Shown piece by piece: positions 10,413-19,270 of a DNA stretch of 64,000 nucleotides (positions within the stretch are counted from its first letter, which is position 1; each line of letters opens with the position of its first letter). The translations under genes and the position numbers were made by a program. A model generated the notes under the pieces. That model searched no databases, was not told the DNA's origin, and was given only the letters and a program-made list of their open reading frames with translations. The DNA is from an uncultured Gemmatimonadales bacterium (GTDB lineage Bacteria > Gemmatimonadota > Gemmatimonadetes > Longimicrobiales > RSA9), in contig CAVUKA010000001.1 in the NCBI GenBank assembly GCA_963741945.1, positions 64,001-128,000 of the forward strand, given 5' to 3'.

Positions 10413-11201
10413 TCAGGCCGTGCCGTTCTCCCGGTCCGTCGGCGGTCCCGGAGGTCGCGGAGCTCCCGGGTCCGCACAGGCGACCCGGCCGATCTCGGGG
10501 CCCCACACGAGGGTTCGTACCTGGCCGGCGGCCTCGCTCCACGCGCCGTGCCAGCGGGCGCCGCCGGGGACCTGGACGATGAAGTCGTCGGCCCCGATCT
10601 CTTCGACCACCACGGCGCGGGTATCGAGCCGAAGCCCCGTTCGCAGCGCCTTCAGGGCGGCTTCCTTCGCCGCCCACGTGAGGTTGGCGAAAAGCGGCCG
10701 CTCGCCCGGCGCCGCCGCGCGCACGCGGGCCGCTTCCGCGGGCGTGAAATAGTCGTCGATGAAGCGCTCGCTTCGCGGCTCGATGGTCTCGAGGTCCACG
10801 CCCAGCTCGCCGCCCCCGAGCCGGGCAGCGGCCAACCCGTTTCCGCCGCTGTGGCTGATGGACACCGCCATGGCAATGAACTCGTCGGCAGCGACGATAC
10901 GGGGTTCCGGAGCGCCGTCGTCCGCCGGGAGCACCTCCACCATGTCGGGCCCGACCTCCCGCCCCGCCGCGGACAGCGCCAGGGCCACGGCGCGCTTCGC
11001 CGCCCAGCGCCCGATCCTCCAGTCGGCTCGCCGTCCGGGCACGCGGTACGCCATGAGCCTGGCCAGCTCCGCATCGGTCAGCCAGTCGCTCGCTTCCGGC
11101 ACCTCCGAGGCGGCCACCAGCACTTCGTGCACGCGCGGCGCGGGGTGCCCGCGCCGGCGCTGGTGGTGGGCGGTGCGCGGCCGGGGCGGCAAAGGTGTCA
11201 T
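10413..11201 (-). CDS. 4'-phosphopantetheinyl transferase (Sfp-like)
   Basis: WLTDAE, GRWAAK, SISHS, GVDLE, WAAKEAALK motifs; ATG overlaps the PKS stop (ATGA). Confidence 0.9.
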   Translation of the reverse strand: MTPLPPRPRTAHHQRRRGHPAPRVHEVLVAASEVPEASDWLTDAELARLMAYRVPGRRADWRIGRWAAKRAVALALSAAGREVGPDMVEVLPADDGAPEPRIVAADEFIAMAVSISHSGGNGLAAARLGGGELGVDLETIEPRSERFIDDYFTPAEAARVRAAAPGERPLFANLTWAAKEAALKALRTGLRLDTRAVVVEEIGADDFIVQVPGGARWHGAWSEAAGQVRTLVWGPEIGRVACADPGAPRPPGPPTDRENGTA

Positions 11202-14200
11202 GCCTTCTGTCGGAGCTCCGGGAACGGGCGCCCTTCCATGGTGGTGGGGAGGGCGGCGGTGCGGTAGCCACGCACCGAAGCCAGCACGGTGCCATCCTCC
11301 GCCACCACGTCCACGTCGTAGCCGGCTTCGGCATCGCCGCCGGCGAGCAGCGCCATGGAGCCTCCGGCGTCGCCCCGGGCCGGGTCGATCAGGTCGACGC
11401 GTTCCACGCTGTACGGCAGCCCCATGCGGGCCGCGTCCGCGATCTCGGCCAGGCCGGCGGTCTGGAACGCCAGCTCGACGAGGCGAGGCGCCGTGAGCAG
11501 CGTCCGCTCCGCGGGGACGTGGTTCGGCGGCAGCGCTTCGGCGAGCCGCCCGGCCAGGAGCGCGCCGGAGCGCCACGCCCGGCCCAGGACCCGGTACGCT
11601 GGGCCATGGAAATAGACATCGTAGATGGCGTCCGCGCCGATCCCGGGCCCGCTCCCGGGAAGATCGCGGCGGTGCGGAGCGTCGGGCGCGCTGGCGGTGA
11701 GCCTCACACGCGCCGTGAAATGCGTGGTCACTTCGGGCTCGGGGCGGCCGTGCAGCGTGCGGGCGCCGAGCAGCGCGCACTCCGCCACCACCTCGTCGCC
11801 ATCCTCGCCGTAGCGCACCCGGACGCTCACGGTGCGCGGCTCATCGCGGTAGAACTTGAACGGCGCGAGGAACGTGACGTCCTCCACGGCCGCGACCCGC
11901 AGCGCCGGGAACGGCAGCGCGGCGGCCTCCGCCATGGCTTCCATGCCCATGACGCCGGGGAGCACCGGGGTGCCGTCGATCCGGTGGTCGTCCAGGAACG
12001 GCTGGGCTTTCGGATCGAGCCGGGTTTCGACCAGGAGCCCGTCGTTCAGGCCGAGCTCCACCACCCGCTCGGCGACGACACCACCGGACCCGTCCGCGTC
12101 CGCCCGTACGCCGCCGCCGGGCGCCCGCGCATCGAGCATGGCGCCCAGCGCGCCGGCGATCACGACTTCGCCGCGGGTGCCGGCGGACAGCTCGCGCCGG
12201 ACGACGGGAACCCCCGCCGCGGGCTCGAGCATGTCAATGCCCGCGGCCTTCAGGATGGTCGGGATCGAGCCGCGGGTGGCCATGCCGATGCCTCCCCACG
12301 CGGTCCAGTCGATGGCTATGCCGCGGGAGGCCGACCTCCGACTGCGGAACGATGAGACCGCCTTGCAGAGCAGGTCGTTGGCCGCGCTGTAGTCGGCCTG
12401 GCCCGCGTTGCCGAAGCGGCCGGCGATGGAGCTGAAGACGACGGCGGCGCCCAGCGGGGCGTCGCCGAGCCCCGCCAGCAGGTTGAACCAGCCGTCGGTC
12501 TTCACGTCGAACACGAGGTCGAACTCTTCCGGCGACTTCTCCGGGATCGACCGGCTGACTTCGAGTCCCGCCGCGTGCACCAGAACGTCCAGCCTGCCCC
12601 GGGCGGCCACCACCTCGCGCATCACGGCCGCCACGGCATCGGCGTCGCGCAGGTCGACGGCGCGCCAGTGCGCGGTGCCACCGGCGGCCTCCACGGCGCG
12701 GATGGCGGCGAGTGCCGCGGCCGCCCGCTCGAGGCGGGCCAGCTGCTTCTCCACCAGCGCCGGCGTCGCCCGCTCGCCGCTGTCCTGGAGCCGCGCGAAG
12801 ATCTCCCGCTTCAGCCCGTCCCGATCGGAAGCGAGCCGCGCCAGGTCCGGGTCGGCCGGGTCGGGCTCCGGCGTCAGGTCCAGGAGCCAGAACTCGCCGC
12901 CCGTCGGGGCCAGGTCCGCGAGAATGGCCGACGTGATGCTCCCCGCCGCGCCCGTGACCACCCAGGCGGCGTCGGCGCCCGGCAGATCGTGCCCCGGCTC
13001 CACGGAACGCGTGTCGAGGCCGACCGTCCAGCGCCTGCCTCCGGCGTGGCCGACCTCCACCACGCCCGGGTCCCGCAGGGTCTCCTCGATGAGCAGGTCC
13101 GCCACTTCGGCCGTCCTCCGGCCCGGGGCGAAGTCCACCGCCTTCACGAGCGCGGCCGGCCGCTCGCGGGCGAACGACTTCACGAGCCCGGTGACGGCGC
13201 CACCGAGGACATCGGCGGCCCCTTCGGCGTCGTACCCGTGGCGGCCGCCGAGACGCGTGGCCGAAACCACGAACCCGCCCGCCGCGCCCACGTCGTCATA
13301 GAGCGAGCGGAGCAGTGCGTAGAGCGCTTTCACGCGGAGCTGGAGCGCCTCCCGCCGTTGCCGGGGCTCGAGCAGCGCGGCGTCGTCGAGGATGTCGAGC
13401 GCCGGAAGCCAGTACACCCCCCGGATCGGGCCTTCCGCCCGCCACCCAGCCAGCCGCTTCGCCAGCGCATCCGGGCTCGCCGCGTCCTCGAGCACCAGCG
13501 GCGCGACGCCGCGTTTCTCCAGCCGGCCCACGAGCGCTTTCGCGACCCCGCCGGTGTCGGGCATCACGACCACGCGGGCTCCCTTGCCCAGCGAGACGCC
13601 CGTTTCCCGGAAGAACGCGATGGGCGGACGCAGTCGCGGGACCGGAACGCGGCGCGGAACCGCCTGCGCGGCCGCCATGTCACTCGCCATGTCACCCGCC
13701 ATGTCACCCGCCATGGCGCGCGGGGCCACGTCGAGGCCGGGGGTCGGCGGCGTGTCCGGAGGCGCGGACCCGGGCTGCGGGGCTCCACCGGCCGCGGCGA
13801 TCGATGGTGCTTCGCCGGCGGCGGGCGCGAGGTCCGGTCGCTTCTCGTACACGAACTCGATGGCCCGCTTCAGCGTGGGGTAGTCCCGGAGCGCCAGCTC
13901 CTCGTCCCGCTCGATGCCGTACTCCTCGCGGATCGCCGCGAACATCTCCGCCTGCTTCACGGTGTCGATGCCCAGGTCCGCTTCCAGGTCCAGGTCCAGC
14001 TCCAGCATGTCCGGCGGGTAGCCGGTCTGCTCCGCCACGATCCCAAGGACGCGCGCGCGCACGGGGTCGCCGGGCGCTGCGCCCGGAGCGGGGGCTGCCG
14101 CGGCCGGGGCGGGTGGAGGGGAGGTGGTCGCGCCGGCGGCGGGTGCGAGGTCCGGGCGCTTCTCGTACACGAACTCGATGGCCCGCTTCAGCGTGGGGTA

Positions 14201-17200
14201 GTCCCGCAACGCCAGCTCCTCGTCCCGCTCGATGGCGTACTCCTCGCGGATCGCCGCGAACATCTCCGCCTGCTTCACGGTGTCGATGCCCAGGTCCGCT
14301 TCCAGGTCCAGGTCCAGCTCCAGCATGTCCGGCGGGTAGCCGGTCTGCTCCGCCACGATCCCCAGCACGCGCTCCCGGATCGGATCCGCGACCGCCACGG
14401 CCGCGGTGCCCGGGACAGCAGTCGTGTCCGGGGCCAGGCCCGCGCCGGGCTGCGGGCGCGCACCCGGGGCCGCGGCCGGCGCGCTCGGCACGGACGCCGT
14501 CGCCGGCAGGGGCATTGCCCCGGGGGCGGCCGGTGTCCCGGCCGGGGCGGGGGCGCCGTTGCGCAGCCGGAGCACGCGCTTCACCACTTCCAGCTCGCCC
14601 GGCCGCCCGCCAGCGATGTCCGCCAGCCACCGATCCCAGGCCGCGCGGTCGGCGATGCGGTGGTGGAATCCCACGCTGCCGGGCGCCCGGCGCGCGCCGT
14701 CGGGCGGCGGGGTCCAACGCAGGAGGCTCATGGCGATCTGCGAGCCGAAACCGGCGCCCAGCCGCAGCGCGTAGGTGACCGGCCGAGCGCCGCCGCGGGA
14801 CAGGTTGAGCTCGCCGAGCTCGGGATCGACGTCGCGGAAATTGGCCACCGGGGGGATCACGCCCGTCTCGAGCATGCGCACGGCCAGAGCGTCCTCGATG
14901 CCCACAGCCATCGGGTGGCCCGTGTGACCCTTGGTATTGGCGACGATGATGCGGTCCACCGCGTCGCCGAAGACGCTCCGCAGCGCCACGACTTCCGCCG
15001 ACGCGCTCCCGCCGCGCGCAGGCGTGTACGTCTCGTGGGAGACGAACACGGTGTCGCCGGCGATCTGGCGGCGGTCGATCCCCCATTCTCGCTCGGCATC
15101 GGAAACCAGGCGCTCCATCACGGCGGCGATGTGCTGCACGTCCAGGCGGCTGCCATGGAACGCGCTGTTCGCCACCGCGGTGCCGAGGATCTCACAGATC
15201 GGCGACAGCCCCCGCTCCGCGGCGGCGTCCAGCGCCTCCACCACGAGCGCCGCGCCACCCATCCCGATGATGAGACCATGACGGCGCCGATCAAACGGGA
15301 GCGCAGCGTCCTCCAGGCGCTCGTCGGTGGCCGCGGCTCCGGAGGCCAGGAACCCGCTGCCGAACCACGGAAGGAGGGCGTCGGTGGTGATGTCGTCCGC
15401 GGACAGGACAATGACGCGACGGCAGCGCCCGGCGGCGATCCAGTCCCGGGCGAGCGCCGTGGCCTGGGTGCCGCTGGCGCACGCTGCGTTGGTGCCGATG
15501 TTGGGGCCGCGCGCAACGATGTACTCGGCGAACTGGGCGTGGCCCATGCTGAGCACCTGGAACAGGAAGCGGCGGTCGAAGCGGAAGGGGTTGGCTGCCA
15601 GCTCGGTCTCCAGGGCGACGATCCGGGCGTCCACCTCCTCGATGGCAGACGCTTCCCCTCCCGCCGGCAGCTTCGCTCGCAGGGATCGGAGCTCCTCCAG
15701 CCGCTCGCGCCGGGCACGGTCCTCGTGGTAGCCCTCGATCACGCGCGCGAAGGAATCGTAGCCGGGGAAAGCGGACGCGAAGATGACACCGGTGTCGTCC
15801 CGCATCGATTCCGGGAGCGCCCAGCCGTCCGGGAGCTTCGATCCGGTGGTCGTGGTCTTGTGCCGCAGCACGAGCGGAATTCCGGCATCGCGCAGCGCGT
15901 CGAGCCCCGCGGCGATGGCGAGGCGGGTGACCCGGTCCAATGCGCCGAGCCGATCCTCCGGGAAGCCGTACTCCTCCACCAGGTCCACTGCCCCGCCGCG
16001 GCCAGCGAGCTTGATCACGTCCGCAGGGTCGTCGATGGTCTCGAAGCGCGCGTCCCCGTTCGACCCTTTCACCAGCCGGGTGATCCGGTGCCCGGCCATG
16101 GCTTCACGCAGCCCCTGCGGCACTGCGCCGATCAGCGCCTCTCCCGCGAGGATCCGCTCCAGGTTCCGCTCATCGAACACCCACTCCCCACCGGGGAGCC
16201 CGAGCGCCGCGCCCGTGATCCCCACCCGCACCGGGCGCGCGGCCCGGCCACCCGCCCAGGTCTCGAAGCTGCGCTCGAGGAAGTCGGAGAACATCCGGCC
16301 CAGCGCCAGGTGCCGGTCCTCGTCCCGTGTGGCGCCGGCGATGCGGGAACGCGTGGCTGACAGCGACGGGTCGGGCGCGGGGGTCGGCCAGGGCGTGTCG
16401 GGCGTGTCGGCCGTATCGCGCATGTGGGGCGCGGACAGCGCGGCGGCGGCGGGAGTCGCGGGCTGTGCCAGGCTGTGGGCGCGCGGCGATGGCGCGAGCG
16501 TCCGGGCCGCCCCGTGACCGGCGGCGTAGAGGCCGCAGAGCGCGCGGTTGAACGAGACGACGTCACCCGTCCTGGGGTGATTCGTGAAGAGGGTGGTCAC
16601 GTCCTCGCGGCCGCCGAGAACGTCTTCGGCGAAGCCGTAGAGGACGCGCTTCGGGCCCATCTCGATGAACACGCGGGCGCCGGCGTCGTACAGCGTCTCC
16701 AGCCCCCTGACGAACTGGACGGGGGAGCCGACCTGCCGGGCGAGGATGTCGCGCATGCGCTCCACCACGTCGCCCTCCGCCGGGTAGAACTGGCCATCCA
16801 CGTTGGCGACGATGGGGCGGTCGGGCGGCCGGAGCGACAGCGAGCTCAGCACCTGAACGAGCGGCTCCGAGGCCTGGGCCACGATCTCCGTGTGGAACGC
16901 GTGGCTGACGGGGAGCGGCTGCGCGCGCATGCCGGCTCCCCGCAGTGCTTCCATGGCCGCGGTCACAGCCGCGGTCGCGCCGCCGATGACGCACTCCTTC
17001 GTGCTGTTCAGGTTGGCAATGACCACATAGCCGTCCACGCCTCCGATCACGTCACGCACGCGCTCCACGTCGCCGAACACGGCAGCCATGAGCCCGTTGT
17101 CCTCCATGGCGAGGTGCGTCATGGCGTCCCCGCGCGCGGAGACGGCCCTGAGCGCGTCGGCGAACGACATGCCCGCGGCCGCGACGAGGGCGCCATACTC

Positions 17201-19270
17201 GCCGAGGCTGTGCCCCATGACCATGTCGGGCTCGATGCCGTACGCGACCATCAGCCGGGCCAGCGACGTGTCCACGGCCAGCATCGCGGGCTGGGTGATG
17301 GCCGTCTGCTTCAGCGCCTCCTCTGCGGCCGCCAGTGCAGTACCGTCCCCGGCGTCCACGAAGATCCGGGACGTGAGCGTGCTCCCGATGAGCGGCGCCA
17401 TGACCCCGTCCGCCTCGTCGAACGTGTCCGCCACCACCGGCTCCGTGTCGCGCAGCCCCCGCAGCATGTTGGCGTACTGGGAGCCCTGCCCCGTGAACAG
17501 GAACGCGACTCTCCCGGGCGCGCCCCGGCCCAGGAACACGCCCTTGTTCCGGAGCGCGCGCCAGCGGCCGGCATCGCCCGTGTCGAGCGCGGCGAGGGTC
17601 CTGGTGGCCAGGTCCGCCAGCTCGGCGGCGTCGCCGTAGTCGATGGCGAGGCGGACCGGCGCGTCGAGGTCGGCGCGGGCGGGCGGTGCGGGCGGCGGCG
17701 CGTCGCCGGCCTCCGCGGCCGCCTTCACCGCTTCCAGGCGACGCGCGATGTCCGCTTCCGACGCCCCGCCGATCACGAGCGCGCCCCGAAGGGGAGCCTT
17801 GAGCGGCATGGCCCCGGGTACGTGCGCCCGCGGCGCGGGTGAGGGCACGTACTCCTCCAGCACCACGTGGAAGTTCGTCCCGCCGAAGCCGAACGCGCTC
17901 ACGCCCGCCCTGCGCGGGCCGCCATCGGAGCGATGCGGCCAGTCGCGCATCTCGGCCACCACGGCCATCGTGGCGCGGCCGAAATCGATGCCGGGGTTCG
18001 GGCGCGCGAAGTTGATGCTGGCGGGGACAGCGCCATGGTGGAGCGAGAGGGCGGCCTTGAGCATCCCAACGGCGCCCGCAGCCCCCTTCAGGTGCCCGAT
18101 GTTCGACTTCACCGAGCCGAGCATGAGGGCGCCCGGCGCCAGCGCGGCCCCGGCGAACACCTCATCCATGCTCGCGACTTCCACGACGTCGCCCACGCGC
18201 GTCGACGTGCCGTGCCCCTCGATCAGGTCGCCCGCCGCGGGCACCAGGCCGGCGTTGGCCCACGCGCGCTCCACCGCCAGCTGCTGGCCGATGGGGTTCG
18301 GCGCCGTGATCCCCTTCCCTCGCCCGTCGCTGGAGCCACCCACCCCGCGGATGACGGCGTAGACGCGGTCGCCATCTCGCTCGGCGTCGGCCAGCCGCTT
18401 CAGCAGGAAGATCACCGCACCCTCGCCCATCACGAAGCCATCGGCCCCCTCCGCGTACGGCCGGGAGCCGGTGGCGCTGAGCGCGCCGATCTTGCAGAAC
18501 TTCACGAATGCGGACGGGCTCATGTTCGCGTCCGCGCCGCCCGCCAGGACCGCGTCGAAATCGCCATTCTCGAGACCGTCGATGGCGGCATAGAGGGCGG
18601 CCATGGCGGAGGCGCACGCGGCGTCCGTGACGAAATTGGGGCCGCGGAAGTCGTACAGCGCGGCAATGCGGCCGGCGGTGATGTTGGACAGCTCCCCCGG
18701 CATCGTGTCCTCGGTGATATCCGGGATCCGCCGGTTCACACCGGCCCGGAGCTCTTCGAGGACCGCGGCGCGCACGTCCTCCGGCAGGGCGCGGTAGGCG
18801 GGCGCCGCCCGGAGCTCCTCGGCCACTTCGGGGAAGAGGATGCGGGCGCCCGTCAGGAGGTGGTAGTCGCCACCCATCGCGTTGCCGAGAATCACGGCCG
18901 TGCGGTCGCCATCGAGCGGGCGATGGGGGTGTCCATAGTCGAGCAGCGCCTGCCTCGCCGCGGCGATGGCGTACTTCTGCGTGGGATCCATGGACGCCGC
19001 CACTTTCGGCGGGATCGGCATGCGCCACCCGAGCGGGTTCCACTCGTAGTCGGCGACCCACCCGCCGATCTTCGAGTACGTCCGGTCCGGCGCGCGCGGG
19101 TCCGGGTCGAAGTAGAGGTCCGCGTTCCAGCGCTCGCGGGGAACGTCGCGGATGCTGTTGCGTCCTTCCTTCAGGTTCTTCCAGAACGCGGCCACGTCGG
19201 GCGCGTCCGGGAGGACCGCCCCGACTCCCACGATGGCCACCGACCTGCTGCGCGCGCTGCTGTCCATCAT
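11198..19270 (-). CDS. Iterative type I PKS/FAS, PfaA-like, KS-AT-KS-ACP-ACP-KR-DH
   Basis: KS1 DAACAS/EGHGTST/KSNIGHLK; AT GQGSQY/GHSLGEY/VSHAFH; KS2 NAACAS/SHETYT/TKGHTGHP; two ACPs LEADLGIDTVKQAE; KR VTGAAGSIT/FSSIAGRFGNAGQADYSAAN; DH DHRIDGTPVLPG. Confidence 0.93.
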   Translation of the reverse strand: MMDSSARSRSVAIVGVGAVLPDAPDVAAFWKNLKEGRNSIRDVPRERWNADLYFDPDPRAPDRTYSKIGGWVADYEWNPLGWRMPIPPKVAASMDPTQKYAIAAARQALLDYGHPHRPLDGDRTAVILGNAMGGDYHLLTGARILFPEVAEELRAAPAYRALPEDVRAAVLEELRAGVNRRIPDITEDTMPGELSNITAGRIAALYDFRGPNFVTDAACASAMAALYAAIDGLENGDFDAVLAGGADANMSPSAFVKFCKIGALSATGSRPYAEGADGFVMGEGAVIFLLKRLADAERDGDRVYAVIRGVGGSSDGRGKGITAPNPIGQQLAVERAWANAGLVPAAGDLIEGHGTSTRVGDVVEVASMDEVFAGAALAPGALMLGSVKSNIGHLKGAAGAVGMLKAALSLHHGAVPASINFARPNPGIDFGRATMAVVAEMRDWPHRSDGGPRRAGVSAFGFGGTNFHVVLEEYVPSPAPRAHVPGAMPLKAPLRGALVIGGASEADIARRLEAVKAAAEAGDAPPPAPPARADLDAPVRLAIDYGDAAELADLATRTLAALDTGDAGRWRALRNKGVFLGRGAPGRVAFLFTGQGSQYANMLRGLRDTEPVVADTFDEADGVMAPLIGSTLTSRIFVDAGDGTALAAAEEALKQTAITQPAMLAVDTSLARLMVAYGIEPDMVMGHSLGEYGALVAAAGMSFADALRAVSARGDAMTHLAMEDNGLMAAVFGDVERVRDVIGGVDGYVVIANLNSTKECVIGGATAAVTAAMEALRGAGMRAQPLPVSHAFHTEIVAQASEPLVQVLSSLSLRPPDRPIVANVDGQFYPAEGDVVERMRDILARQVGSPVQFVRGLETLYDAGARVFIEMGPKRVLYGFAEDVLGGREDVTTLFTNHPRTGDVVSFNRALCGLYAAGHGAARTLAPSPRAHSLAQPATPAAAALSAPHMRDTADTPDTPWPTPAPDPSLSATRSRIAGATRDEDRHLALGRMFSDFLERSFETWAGGRAARPVRVGITGAALGLPGGEWVFDERNLERILAGEALIGAVPQGLREAMAGHRITRLVKGSNGDARFETIDDPADVIKLAGRGGAVDLVEEYGFPEDRLGALDRVTRLAIAAGLDALRDAGIPLVLRHKTTTTGSKLPDGWALPESMRDDTGVIFASAFPGYDSFARVIEGYHEDRARRERLEELRSLRAKLPAGGEASAIEEVDARIVALETELAANPFRFDRRFLFQVLSMGHAQFAEYIVARGPNIGTNAACASGTQATALARDWIAAGRCRRVIVLSADDITTDALLPWFGSGFLASGAAATDERLEDAALPFDRRRHGLIIGMGGAALVVEALDAAAERGLSPICEILGTAVANSAFHGSRLDVQHIAAVMERLVSDAEREWGIDRRQIAGDTVFVSHETYTPARGGSASAEVVALRSVFGDAVDRIIVANTKGHTGHPMAVGIEDALAVRMLETGVIPPVANFRDVDPELGELNLSRGGARPVTYALRLGAGFGSQIAMSLLRWTPPPDGARRAPGSVGFHHRIADRAAWDRWLADIAGGRPGELEVVKRVLRLRNGAPAPAGTPAAPGAMPLPATASVPSAPAAAPGARPQPGAGLAPDTTAVPGTAAVAVADPIRERVLGIVAEQTGYPPDMLELDLDLEADLGIDTVKQAEMFAAIREEYAIERDEELALRDYPTLKRAIEFVYEKRPDLAPAAGATTSPPPAPAAAAPAPGAAPGDPVRARVLGIVAEQTGYPPDMLELDLDLEADLGIDTVKQAEMFAAIREEYGIERDEELALRDYPTLKRAIEFVYEKRPDLAPAAGEAPSIAAAGGAPQPGSAPPDTPPTPGLDVAPRAMAGDMAGDMASDMAAAQAVPRRVPVPRLRPPIAFFRETGVSLGKGARVVVMPDTGGVAKALVGRLEKRGVAPLVLEDAASPDALAKRLAGWRAEGPIRGVYWLPALDILDDAALLEPRQRREALQLRVKALYALLRSLYDDVGAAGGFVVSATRLGGRHGYDAEGAADVLGGAVTGLVKSFARERPAALVKAVDFAPGRRTAEVADLLIEETLRDPGVVEVGHAGGRRWTVGLDTRSVEPGHDLPGADAAWVVTGAAGSITSAILADLAPTGGEFWLLDLTPEPDPADPDLARLASDRDGLKREIFARLQDSGERATPALVEKQLARLERAAAALAAIRAVEAAGGTAHWRAVDLRDADAVAAVMREVVAARGRLDVLVHAAGLEVSRSIPEKSPEEFDLVFDVKTDGWFNLLAGLGDAPLGAAVVFSSIAGRFGNAGQADYSAANDLLCKAVSSFRSRRSASRGIAIDWTAWGGIGMATRGSIPTILKAAGIDMLEPAAGVPVVRRELSAGTRGEVVIAGALGAMLDARAPGGGVRADADGSGGVVAERVVELGLNDGLLVETRLDPKAQPFLDDHRIDGTPVLPGVMGMEAMAEAAALPFPALRVAAVEDVTFLAPFKFYRDEPRTVSVRVRYGEDGDEVVAECALLGARTLHGRPEPEVTTHFTARVRLTASAPDAPHRRDLPGSGPGIGADAIYDVYFHGPAYRVLGRAWRSGALLAGRLAEALPPNHVPAERTLLTAPRLVELAFQTAGLAEIADAARMGLPYSVERVDLIDPARGDAGGSMALLAGGDAEAGYDVDVVAEDGTVLASVRGYRTAALPTTMEGRPFPELRQKA
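13814..14386 (-). repeat. Intragenic near-identical duplication of the ACP domain (period 318 bp)
   Basis: Two ~255-bp copies; block 13918-14044 is identical to 14236-14362. Confidence 0.9.

Noticed and set aside
9340-11334. 664-aa USP fusion and other 5'-extended ORFs (23880 tricorn, 34879 LysR, 47492 kinase)
   Set aside because: The extensions overlap real genes and are low-complexity; internal starts with an RBS, signal peptide or stop-start overlap fit better.
11198-19270. Canonical PUFA synthase pfaA
   Set aside because: It has an extra KS, Thr-type ACPs and no pfaB/C/D, so the symbol was not assigned.
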